64,000 nt of DNA from an uncultured Rivularia sp. (GTDB taxonomy: Bacteria > Cyanobacteriota > Cyanobacteriia > Cyanobacteriales > Nostocaceae): assembly GCA_963665115.1 (NCBI GenBank), contig OY762007.1, positions 8,224,001 through 8,288,000 of the forward strand, written 5' to 3'. Position numbers and translations under genes: made by a program. Each line of letters begins with the position of its first letter. Position 1 is the first letter of the stretch. Below, piece by piece: positions 12,273 through 21,657 of this stretch. A model generated the notes under the pieces. It did not search any database. It was given only the letters and a program-made list of their open reading frames with translations, and was not told the DNA's origin.

Positions 12273-13283
12273 CTAAACTACTTTCAAAACACCAAACACC
12301 ATTACAGCAAGATAAACTACATATGCGCCATTGAGGATCAAAACTTCTTTGAGAGAAAAGCTGTAGTTTGGTTTCCCCAAATAAAGAAACGCTGCATACA
12401 TCAGTCCTAGCAAAGCCACGAATGCTAGATTAACTGAGTAAAGCAGTAAATTCTCAACGGGTAAGGTGACAAGAGCTAAAGGAAAGAAAGCAAGAGTCAT
12501 TGTTGCTGTATTATCCGCAATGACGCTGGTGGTAGCTGCTGTTAGTTGCCCGCTACTGGCAACGCTCCAAGTTGCGAATACTTCAGGCACAATACTTAAT
12601 GTTGCTGTTATAAATAAACCACCAATAATTCTAGAAATTCCTAAATTAGAAACTATTTTTTCAGTTGCAGTTACGGTAAAATAAGCTCCGAAAATCAGTA
12701 AGATAATTCCAATTACGGCGGTAACTATTTCTTTGCGATTCCATTCAACTCGTTCGCTTTGCTGACGTTTACGCAATATTGCATTACCTAAATAAATGAC
12801 ATAAGCTGCCAACATTACCCAAGCGTCGATGGGTTGCAAACCTCGCCAAGCTTTCGGTAGGGTGAGTAATGCTGCTAAAGCAACGATTAATAAATAAGGA
12901 ATTGCCTGTACGTATAATGCTTCCGATTTGACTTTTAGAGCTTTGGAGGATGTTGAATTATTATTGTTACTTTTATTTCGATATTTTCCCCGATTGCGCC
13001 GTCGTGAGGCGATATAAGCAACTGTCACAATGGCAGGAACAGAAATAATATTGCTTCCTAATAAATTACCTAATCCGATATCGGAAAAACCACGAATGGC
13101 ACTGGTTGTATTGGTACCTATTTCGGGACTTGCTGTGGCAAAAGCCACAAAAGCCGCACCCGCAGCTTCGGAAAGTCCCCACTGTTGCCTTAGTTTCTGT
13201 AAAGGCTCGGCAATTTTATCTGCTCCCCAATGGGCTGCATATACGGAAGCAAGAAGCAGAAGTACCCAAGGTAATATAGACAT
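12273..13283 (-). CDS. Sodium:calcium antiporter (Na_Ca_ex family)
   Basis: Alpha-repeat motifs ATASPE and SIVPE, GNLLGSNI, about 10 TM helices. Confidence 0.85.
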   Translation of the reverse strand: MSILPWVLLLLASVYAAHWGADKIAEPLQKLRQQWGLSEAAGAAFVAFATASPEIGTNTTSAIRGFSDIGLGNLLGSNIISVPAIVTVAYIASRRRNRGKYRNKSNNNNSTSSKALKVKSEALYVQAIPYLLIVALAALLTLPKAWRGLQPIDAWVMLAAYVIYLGNAILRKRQQSERVEWNRKEIVTAVIGIILLIFGAYFTVTATEKIVSNLGISRIIGGLFITATLSIVPEVFATWSVASSGQLTAATTSVIADNTATMTLAFFPLALVTLPVENLLLYSVNLAFVALLGLMYAAFLYLGKPNYSFSLKEVLILNGAYVVYLAVMVFGVLKVV

Positions 13284-13402
13284 TTTATTATTTGAAATTA
13301 AAATAATAATTATCTAATAGCTACCTTAATTTCAGATTAAATAACAAAAATAATATACAGTTAGATTTAATTTTAATTTTTAGTATATATACAAGCAACA
13401 AA

Positions 13403-13645
13403 TTACTTGCGATAAACGGAACCAAATAAATAATCTAGTTCGTTGGCTTGCTTAACCTGTTCCAAGGCACGAAAACTAATAAGATCGCCAATATTGAGGA
13501 TAATATTGCCCTGCTTATCGCAAATAACTCTTTTAACCGGATGACCTAATATACTTTTAATTTTTTTCTCTTCGCAAAAATTATTCTTGTTACTATCATT
13601 TTGGCTAATTTTAGGTGTATTCCTATTGCTTACCATAACTAACAT
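13403..13645 (-). CDS. Small hypothetical protein resembling the C-terminus of cyanobacterial PRC-barrel proteins
   Basis: LGHPVKRVICDKQGNIILNIGDLIS...LFGSVYRK pattern recalled from that family; unverified. Confidence 0.5.
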   Translation of the reverse strand: MLVMVSNRNTPKISQNDSNKNNFCEEKKIKSILGHPVKRVICDKQGNIILNIGDLISFRALEQVKQANELDYLFGSVYRK

Positions 13646-14228
13646 TTTTTTATCCCGGACGCTTTCTTACATAATTTAAATTCGTTCTTCTCCTATTATT
13701 CTCTTTTATCAGGTCAAATCTGAATCATAGAGAAGCTTACTTTATTTATAAGAGAATTGATCGTTATTTCCATCACTCTACGGTTGCATTCATGCTCTAT
13801 TGAAAGATTAACCATGACATCTTCCTCAAGATAAATCCGTTTTTGCTTTTAATTTAAATATAAATAAATTGTTATATTTTTATATTCTGTAACAAAACTT
13901 TCATTTAGCGCTGATTTTAGAATTAATAGGAATATAAATCAATTTTGGCTATAGCCGTACTTGGTATGAGGAACATGGTATAGGGAACAGATAAAGAAGA
14001 CTGTATCAGTTAATTCTGTTGTCATTAAAGCCTATAACGCTTGCGTAAAAGTTATTTCAGATTTTTGCGCCCAAATTTTGGCATCTCTTTATACGGCTAT
14101 AACTATAGTTTTTGTATATATGGAACAATATTAGAGTCAGCGCACAGATGCCAACTGTATTACATAACTTTGGCATATAGGAAAAAATAGTTAAAAATAT
14201 AAATGTCTATTTGATGTTTTAGTCACAA

Positions 14229-17042
14229 ATGCTTTTAATTTCGGCGATTTTTCTAGCGACTACTTCTCTAATGCCTCACGGTACCTGCTATCTATGGAAA
14301 CCTGGTTTGGTGGGACTGCATTTGGTAAGCGACGCTGTGATTGCTTTATCTTATTTTTCTATTCCCATAATTCTGATATATATTCTTCGCAAACGAGCCG
14401 ATATTCCTTTTGACGAGATTTTCTGGCTGTTTGCTGCTTTTATTGTTTTTTGCGGTACGGGGGGACACTTGATAGATATCTGGACTTTATGGCATCCGGA
14501 TTATTGGATTTCGGGATATATCAGAGCGATTACTGCTTTAGTTTCGTTTTTAACCGCAATTGCTTTAACTTATTTAATTCCACAAATATTAGCTTTACCA
14601 ACTCCCGAGAAACTGCAAGAAGAAATTCAAGATAAAAGGCAAAAGGAACAGTTTTTACGCAGTATTTACGAAGGAGTGACAGAAGCAATTTGTGTGGTTA
14701 ATGCTACAACAGAAGGTGACTTTATTTATGAAAGTATTAACCCAGTTTATGAAAAACTAGTGGGGATTACTTCAAAGCAAATTGAAGGCAAAACTCCCGA
14801 ACAAGTCCTCTCTAATGACTTAAGTAAGTCGGTTCTAAAACGCTACAATCATTGCTTGTCAGTTGGGGAAAGCGTTACTTATGAAGAATGCTTAAAATTT
14901 AATGATAAACAAGAATGTTCTTGGTGCTTAACCAGCTTAAAGCCTTTGTTCAACGAAGCAGGTAAAATTTATCGGATTATCGGTACCAGCATTAATATTA
15001 CCGAAAGAAAGCAAGCAGAAGCGCAGTTGCAAAAAAGTGAAGAACGTTGGGATCTAGCTTTGCAGGGTACGGGAGACGGTATCTTCGATTGGAATCTTGA
15101 GAAGAATGAAGCTTTTTTCTCTATGCAATATAAAGAGATGTTAGGTTATACCGATTCGGAAGTAGAAAATAGCTATCAAGGATGGCGAAATCTGGTTCAT
15201 CCAGAAGATATTGACTCAGCCGAAGCAACTTGGAAAGCTTACATAAATCATCAAATTTCGCAGTATGGTGTTGAATTTCGTTTGCGTTGCAAAGATGGCA
15301 TCTATAAGTGGATTTTAGCTCGCGGCATGGCTCAATGGAATCAAGATGGGGAAGCAATTCGTATGGTTGGCTCCCACCAAGATATAAGTGGGCGTAAAGC
15401 AGCAGAAGCAGAAATTATTCGCTTAAATCAACAGTTGGAAGCCAGGGTAAAACGACGCACGACGCAGTTGGAGGAATCAAATAGACATAAAGATGAGCTA
15501 ATTGAAAGCGAACAATTAGCAAGGTCAGAAATAAAGATTTATGAAGATATCGTTGAAAATCTTCAAATTGGATTGTGTATTTGGCAAATGGACGATCTTG
15601 ATGATATCAGCAGTTTTCGGTTAACAACTATCAATCCTGCTGCATCGCAAATGCTGGGTGTAGATATTCAAGATTATATAGATAAACCCATAGAAGAATG
15701 TTTTCCCAACCTATTAAATGCGGAACATATCGCCATCGTAGAAGCTTACGCCGAGGTAGTTAAATTCAAACAAGTTAAAGATTTAGGGGAATTTTCTTAC
15801 GGTGACGATCGCATTCCTACCTCCTGGTTTGAAGTAACGGCTTTTCCTTTACCGGATAACTTGATGGGCGTTGCTTTTAACAACATGGGGGAACGCAAGC
15901 GGATGGAAACTGCTTTAGCGGAAAGCGAGCGTTTGTATCGTAATGTAGTTAATAGCGTTAAAGAAGTCGTTTTTCAGATAGCGAAAACAGGCATTTGGAC
16001 GTTTTTAAGTGCTGCTTGGGCTGATATTACTGGGTATGACATAGAAGATAGTTTGCTCAAATCATTTACAAATTTTATGTTTGCCGAAGAAGAGAAACTC
16101 AAGGGCAGAGAGTTATTTGAAACGGCTATTTCAGGTGAAGCAGAAAATTTTCAATATGAATTTCGCATTCTTACCAAAAATGGCAATTTCCGTTGGCTGG
16201 AAATGTACGCTCAAATCGAACATAATTCTGATGGTGAAACCCTTGGGGTTTACGGTACTCTCAATGATGTTACCCAACGCAAGCAAACAGAAGCTGTTTT
16301 ACAAGCAAGAGCTGATGAATTAGCTCAAATTAATTTAATCCTGTTGCAAACCACCACAGAGTTAGAAAAACGCAACAAAGAATTAGATCAGTTCGCTTAC
16401 GTTACCTCTCACGATTTGAAAGCACCTTTAAGAGCGATCGCCAATTTATCGGAATGGATCGAGGAGGATTTGCATGAAGCGTTAACCGCCGATACGCAAA
16501 AGCAAATGAATTTGTTACGCGGTAGAGTATATCGCATGGAAGCTTTAATAAACGGACTTCTAGAATATTCCCGTGTCGGAAGAATGAAAACTCAACCAGA
16601 AACGGTTGTGGTTGCCCAACTTTTAGCAGAAATAATTGACTCAATTGCTCCACCAGAGGAATTTACTATCAATATTGTTGGGCAAATGCCTACTTTGGTT
16701 ACTGAAAGAATACCTCTACAACAGGTTTTTAGTAATTTAATTAGTAATGCTGTCAAACACCACAATCGTTCGGATGGTAAGGTGGTAATTACTGTTAAAG
16801 AACTAGATGAATTCTACCAATTTACCGTTGCAGATGATGGTAAAGGCATTGCAGAACAATATCACGATAAAATTTTTGTCATATTCCAAACTTTAGAAGC
16901 GCGGGATAAGCGAGAAAATACTGGTATCGGTCTTGCTATAGTTAAAAGAATAGTTGAAGAAACTGGAGGAACGATTATATTAGAATCTCAAGTAGGGAAA
17001 GGTACAACTTTCCGGTTTAGCTGGCCCAAGAAAAGTATATGA
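14229..17042 (+). CDS. Multi-PAS histidine kinase with ethylene-receptor-like TM N-terminus
   Basis: SDAVIALSYFSIP...FIVFCGTGGHL ETR1-like helices, about 4 PAS/PAC, SHDLKAPLR, HATPase. Confidence 0.9.
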   Translation: MLLISAIFLATTSLMPHGTCYLWKPGLVGLHLVSDAVIALSYFSIPIILIYILRKRADIPFDEIFWLFAAFIVFCGTGGHLIDIWTLWHPDYWISGYIRAITALVSFLTAIALTYLIPQILALPTPEKLQEEIQDKRQKEQFLRSIYEGVTEAICVVNATTEGDFIYESINPVYEKLVGITSKQIEGKTPEQVLSNDLSKSVLKRYNHCLSVGESVTYEECLKFNDKQECSWCLTSLKPLFNEAGKIYRIIGTSINITERKQAEAQLQKSEERWDLALQGTGDGIFDWNLEKNEAFFSMQYKEMLGYTDSEVENSYQGWRNLVHPEDIDSAEATWKAYINHQISQYGVEFRLRCKDGIYKWILARGMAQWNQDGEAIRMVGSHQDISGRKAAEAEIIRLNQQLEARVKRRTTQLEESNRHKDELIESEQLARSEIKIYEDIVENLQIGLCIWQMDDLDDISSFRLTTINPAASQMLGVDIQDYIDKPIEECFPNLLNAEHIAIVEAYAEVVKFKQVKDLGEFSYGDDRIPTSWFEVTAFPLPDNLMGVAFNNMGERKRMETALAESERLYRNVVNSVKEVVFQIAKTGIWTFLSAAWADITGYDIEDSLLKSFTNFMFAEEEKLKGRELFETAISGEAENFQYEFRILTKNGNFRWLEMYAQIEHNSDGETLGVYGTLNDVTQRKQTEAVLQARADELAQINLILLQTTTELEKRNKELDQFAYVTSHDLKAPLRAIANLSEWIEEDLHEALTADTQKQMNLLRGRVYRMEALINGLLEYSRVGRMKTQPETVVVAQLLAEIIDSIAPPEEFTINIVGQMPTLVTERIPLQQVFSNLISNAVKHHNRSDGKVVITVKELDEFYQFTVADDGKGIAEQYHDKIFVIFQTLEARDKRENTGIGLAIVKRIVEETGGTIILESQVGKGTTFRFSWPKKSI

Positions 17043-17260
17043 ATGCAAGGAGGAACTCTTAATATCTTAATAGGGAAGATGAAACATTGATAAATTATAC
17101 ATCTTTAGTAGTAATGCTCAGATATCGGCAAGAAGATTTACCAAACTTCTTTCTTATACAAAGACTACTGCAATCTATAAATAACCTTATTTGTAGTACG
17201 CCGTTTTTCCTTTTTTTGTCTGCTCCCCACAAAGAGTTTACTAACAGCAACCAAACCTGA
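17043..17260 (+). pseudogene. Possible decayed Rcp1-like receiver remnant
   Basis: MQGGTLNILI-(frameshift)-EDE...VVMLR...QRLLQSIN versus MEEKTLNVLLVEDDE...KMLR...QRRIILLDLN of the next gene. Confidence 0.35.
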
Positions 17261-17438
17261 TTTCCATATCTATTCCTCAAGAGTGGCATAAAATACTATT
17301 TAATTACGACTATTAGACGGTTAAATAAAAAGATAAATTGAGTATCTTATTAGTATCTCAAAATGCGATCGAATAATTAGAATTTATTCCAAACCCAAAT
17401 GAAACATAAATTTATTTAAATTATCGTTGGAAGGGACA

Positions 17439-17870
17439 ATGGAGGAAAAAACTTTAAATGTGCTGCTTGTTGAAGATGATGAAGTAGATGTTATGAACGT
17501 CAAAAGAGCGTTTAGAATAAATAATATCACAAATCCACTTTACGTTGCTTTCGATGGATTGGAAGCCTTAAAAATGTTACGGGGCAAAAATGGCAGTTCT
17601 CCACAAATTCCTAAACAGCGGAGAATCATTTTGTTAGATCTGAATATGCCTAAAATGGGAGGATTAGAGTTTCTTCAGGAGTTGAGAGCAGATGCCAATC
17701 TGAAGCCAATACCAGTAATTATACTGACAACTTCCGATGAAGATAAAGATAGAATCGAAGCTTATAATTTAAATGTCGCAGGATATTTATTAAAACCAGT
17801 CAAATTTTCTCAATTCGCCGAAGCAATGAGTACTTTAAATAAGTATTGGTCTTTATGCGAAATACCTTGA
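17439..17870 (+). CDS. Single-domain response regulator, Rcp1-like (paralog of 2610-3050)
   Basis: VLLVEDDEVD, ILLDLNMP, LTTS, LLKP. Confidence 0.9.
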   Translation: MEEKTLNVLLVEDDEVDVMNVKRAFRINNITNPLYVAFDGLEALKMLRGKNGSSPQIPKQRRIILLDLNMPKMGGLEFLQELRADANLKPIPVIILTTSDEDKDRIEAYNLNVAGYLLKPVKFSQFAEAMSTLNKYWSLCEIP

Positions 17871-18187
17871 ATAGCATAAATACCATAGTTGATAAAATTT
17901 AAGAAAAACACAAAAAGATATAGAATATATTTAGTTTTATTCTATTTTGGACGCAAATATCTATTTGTGACTCAAAAGGGTAGAATTTTATTTATGATTT
18001 ATTGTAATATTCTCATTGTATCAGCTTCAATAGTTTCTTTCCTTTTTTAAGTAGGCAAAGGATTATTAACCTGACAAAAAGCGAGTTACGAGCCAATTCA
18101 TCCACTTAAAGTGTTAGCTTAGCTGCTGGAGGAAAGTCTCGTCGTGCTGAAGTTGAATATATAAATCGATTATGCACGGAGCAGACT

Positions 18188-18616
18188 ATGCAAATGGAAC
18201 TTCATGAATCTGGCAAGCAGCAGCATACTTCCGAACTTCCTCTTATCTTAGCAGTTGAAGACAACGAAGATAATCTATTGATAATTAATTACGTGGTTGA
18301 TTCTTTAAACTGTAGATTTATTGGCGAAGCGGATGGAAAAAGAACTTTGCTAATTGCACGAGAATCCCAGCCTAATTTAATCTTACTAGATATTATGTTG
18401 CCAGAGACTAATGGTATAGACTTGTTTCGTGGTTTGAAGCAAGATAGCTCTACAAGCCATATACCTGTCATTGCAGTGACGGCGTTAGCAAGGGCTGAAG
18501 AAAAGAAGCATATCTTAGAAGCTGGTTTTGATGCTTATATCAGCAAGCCTTATATGCTTGAAGAAATAGAAGAATTGATTTGCAGCTATCTTAATTTGAA
18601 ACAGAATCCTCAGTAA
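18188..18616 (+). CDS. Single-domain response regulator (DivK/CheY-like)
   Basis: AVEDNEDN, LLDIMLP, AVTALA, ISKP. Confidence 0.88.
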   Translation: MQMELHESGKQQHTSELPLILAVEDNEDNLLIINYVVDSLNCRFIGEADGKRTLLIARESQPNLILLDIMLPETNGIDLFRGLKQDSSTSHIPVIAVTALARAEEKKHILEAGFDAYISKPYMLEEIEELICSYLNLKQNPQ

Positions 18617-18998
18617 ATTGTGCTTCTTTAGTAGAAGTCAACTTATACTTATCGACAAATAAAGCAATAATACTCACGTAATTTGTATCAAGATGAGTTG
18701 CGAAAAGAATATTGCTTACTTGAGAATTTGTAACTTCCTCAATTATTTTTTGAAACTCGGGTCGCAAAATTTTTTCTATACTACTTCTTGCTTTTTCAAC
18801 TATTTCATGATAGCCCGCTGCTATTAAAAGTTTCTCCGGTTTTGTAATCGCATTTTCGATCACAATAGTTAATTTGTTATCTAACAAACGACAATAAATG
18901 TCTTCAGGTTGATGTCCTAACTTATTTATATATAAAGACAGGATGCGTTCAACCAAGACTTGTTCTAAATTGTCAGAATGTGAAATTTCAGAATACAT
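18591..18998 (-). CDS. DUF2294 (MpsC-like) domain protein
   Basis: LYINKLGHQP...IVIENAITKPEKLL pattern; paralog of next gene. Confidence 0.75.
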   Translation of the reverse strand: MYSEISHSDNLEQVLVERILSLYINKLGHQPEDIYCRLLDNKLTIVIENAITKPEKLLIAAGYHEIVEKARSSIEKILRPEFQKIIEEVTNSQVSNILFATHLDTNYVSIIALFVDKYKLTSTKEAQFTEDSVSN

Positions 18999-19131
18999 GA
19001 TGAATACCTATTAACAACAGCGAGAACTCATTAATTTTATTCGATCGATAAAAATTATTTAATTAATTTAATGCTTGAAAGAAAGTTATAATCTTCCTAT
19101 AAATATTTTTTCCTAGCAATAATTATTAAAA

Positions 19132-19569
19132 TTATTCATTTGTAGAATGATTTCCATTCTTACCATTTGATCCTTTTGGTTTCGCTTTAGGAATGGCATC
19201 TGGATTACGAACTTCCGGGGTATTTGATAACACAACAACAATACCGCTTCTACCAGTTTTTAAAGTCGCATCACCCATCAAATCTACTACTTTAACTTCT
19301 AAAACTTCCTCTATTAACGCTTTGAGTTTGGGTTCTATGGCATCATCCAAGCCAGAGCGTACTTGTTCTGCTAATTCCTCTTGTCCTTGATTTACTAATA
19401 ATTGCTCTGCTGGAGTAATTGAGTCTTCCATAACAATCGCTAAAGAATCATCGAATAGTTGACAAGTAACTTTCGTTGGTCTGTGTCCTAACTGATTGGA
19501 ATACAAACCTTGAATGCGTTGCGAAAGTTCTCTTTCTCTTTGTCCGCGAGTTGGAATGGATGTTTTCAT
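19132..19569 (-). CDS. DUF2294 (MpsC-like) domain protein
   Basis: PTRGQRERELSQRIQGLYSNQLGHRP...EDSITPAEQLL...TGRSGIVVVL. Confidence 0.85.
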   Translation of the reverse strand: MKTSIPTRGQRERELSQRIQGLYSNQLGHRPTKVTCQLFDDSLAIVMEDSITPAEQLLVNQGQEELAEQVRSGLDDAIEPKLKALIEEVLEVKVVDLMGDATLKTGRSGIVVVLSNTPEVRNPDAIPKAKPKGSNGKNGNHSTNE

Positions 19570-19877
19570 AATGTTTTCCAGCTAAGTGTTGACCGCAATC
19601 GATAAGTCACTATTAAGACTTAGGACAGAAAATGCACTCATGCTATCTGCAATTTTATTTCTCGGTAAAGCAAACACTCAGGTAAGCTAAACATCTCAAA
19701 ATAAATTGAGTTATCAAAAGCAGTGATATTTGATTTGCTTGCAGCCCGTATCTAAGAATCACTTAATAGAATACAGCTTAGAGAACTTGAAAACAGCATT
19801 CGAGTGACAGATATTAAGGAATTCTAAGTTAACCCTTTAGATGTAAATTTGTATGAACGAATAATAATTCCCTATGC

Positions 19878-20390
19878 TTATTGAATGACTAGGATAGCGC
19901 AAGGTGCATCATGCAGTACGGTATTGCTGACGCTGCCTAACAAAGCTTCCGCAATCCCGTTGTGTCCCTTACGACCCAAGACGATCAAATCTACGTTCAA
20001 ATCTTGAGCAATTTGGCAAATTTGGGAGCCGATATTTTCCGTACCTTGATAACATTTAGATTCAACCCGAACACCTTGTGAGGAAGCTTGTTTTTGATAC
20101 AGTGCTAAATGTTTTTCAACCTGTTGATGCTTAGTTATATTCGCATCTTGAATTAAGTCTATGTTGACCATTGCTGGAGACATACTACTTGCTCCGGGGA
20201 TTCCAGATAAACCCATACCGCCGCTATCCATAGCTGTTTGAGACATCATTGCCATTTCTGTTAGGTCAGATAGACAATGAATTAAGGTTACTTGCGCTCC
20301 GATATTTTTAGCTAAACTTAATGCTTCAGAAAACACCGATTCATCTCTAGGTGAAAGTTCCAAAGCTACGAGAACATGAGTGAAAGTCAT
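19878..20390 (-). CDS. Universal stress protein
   Basis: DLIVLGRKGH...LLGSVSNTVLHDAPCAILVI. Confidence 0.92.
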   Translation of the reverse strand: MTFTHVLVALELSPRDESVFSEALSLAKNIGAQVTLIHCLSDLTEMAMMSQTAMDSGGMGLSGIPGASSMSPAMVNIDLIQDANITKHQQVEKHLALYQKQASSQGVRVESKCYQGTENIGSQICQIAQDLNVDLIVLGRKGHNGIAEALLGSVSNTVLHDAPCAILVIQ

Positions 20391-20499
20391 TATTTTTTTA
20401 GATTTTAGAGTTATAAATTTTGAGAACTATAGATCTGTGTGAGCGCAAGATTTTTTAATTCACTTGTAATATAGATAGAGTAATAAAATAAGACAACCA

Positions 20500-20568
20500 T
20501 CTATATACAGAAGTAAACAGTAAATCGTTCATTCTAAAGATAGAATTTAATATCTATCCGATTGATTG
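20500..20568. promoter_or_regulatory. Three palindromic boxes in the divergent USP / stress-protein promoter region
   Basis: TCTATAT-AC-AGAAGTA (20500), TCATTCT-AA-AGATAGA (20529), weaker TCTATCC-GA-TTGATTG (20553). Confidence 0.45.
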
Positions 20569-20699
20569 TTTTATGATAAAAAATATAACTAATAGATTAA
20601 CTAAAATGATTCGTTAGACAGAATAGAGATAGCACTCTGGCTCTTAAAATATAATTTCTATAGAATTTTAATTGTTAAACAGACTTTCTTAGAAATAAT

Positions 20700-21632
20700 A
20701 TGACATCAGAATATAAAAGAGCAGTCGGCGTTTTTACTACTCGTAAAGATGCAGAAAGCGCATTAGAGGATTTAAAAAATTCCAACTTTGCAATGGATAA
20801 AGTTTCTGTCATTGCAAGACAACCTGAAGAAAGCGAAGAGGTTGCAGGTGTTGAGGTTAAAGAAAACGTAGGCAATAAAGCTGACGAAGGAGCCACAACT
20901 GGAGCAGTTGCAGGTGGTGCGTTAGGGGGAGTTACCGGCTTGTTAGTCGGTTTGGGAATGTTAGCAATACCCGGTGTTGGCCCGATTATGCTAGCCGGTG
21001 CAGAAGCAACTGCCATCGCAACTACATTAGCAGGAGGAGCAATCGGTGCTGCAAGCGGTGGATTAGTCGGTGCCCTAGCTGGTTTGGGAATTCCCGAAGA
21101 ACGAGCAAAAGTTTACAACGAACTTGTTTCAAAAGGAAGCTATTTAGTAGTTGTTAAAGGTACGGAAGCAGAAATAGCCCAAGCTCAAGATGTTTTGAGT
21201 CGCAACGGTATCCAAGAATGGGGTATTTACGATATTCCCACTTCTCCAGCAGATCAAACAGAGGGTAAAGTCTTAGGTAACTATAAATATATAGTTGGTG
21301 TATATAGAATGCGTCACAATCTTAAAGACGCAATTAGTGCCATAAGAGATACTAACTTTCCCATGACGCAAATATACGTAGTAGAAAAAAATCCTCCTCC
21401 GTTTGCAACTATTAGTTCAATAGACGTAAAACCCAGCTTAGAAAACTATGCAGGTTTAGGAATATCTGAAGAAAGAGCCAGACATTACGAGCAATTATTA
21501 GAAAGAGGCAATTATTTAATAGTAATGAGCGGAACCGACGATGAAATTAATCCAGTGAAATCAGTTTTACAAGAACAAGGAATTGAAGACCTAAGTATTC
21601 ATGATCCTGCCGCGATTTCAGTTAATAGTTAA
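20700..21632 (+). CDS. General stress protein (YflT-like) with Gly/Ala-rich hydrophobic segment and duplicated domain
   Basis: RAVGVF...GATTGAVAGG...LGIPEERAKVY; second domain repeats LGISEERARHY. Confidence 0.8.
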   Translation: MTSEYKRAVGVFTTRKDAESALEDLKNSNFAMDKVSVIARQPEESEEVAGVEVKENVGNKADEGATTGAVAGGALGGVTGLLVGLGMLAIPGVGPIMLAGAEATAIATTLAGGAIGAASGGLVGALAGLGIPEERAKVYNELVSKGSYLVVVKGTEAEIAQAQDVLSRNGIQEWGIYDIPTSPADQTEGKVLGNYKYIVGVYRMRHNLKDAISAIRDTNFPMTQIYVVEKNPPPFATISSIDVKPSLENYAGLGISEERARHYEQLLERGNYLIVMSGTDDEINPVKSVLQEQGIEDLSIHDPAAISVNS

Positions 21633-21657
21633 CAGTAAAGGCTTTACCCATCACCCA

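Noticed and set aside
18050..18130. c-di-GMP-I riboswitch (GGCAAA start)
   Set aside because: Lacks the GNRA-capped P2 stem and GACGCAAAG/CTAA elements
20675..21016. Antisense and alternate-frame ORFs (also 1935-2162, 5403-5858, 13030-13317, 32953-33862, 39673-40242, 53383-53915, 56824-57420, 58809-59135)
   Set aside because: Shadows of well-supported genes on the opposite strand or another frame, with no recognisable motifs
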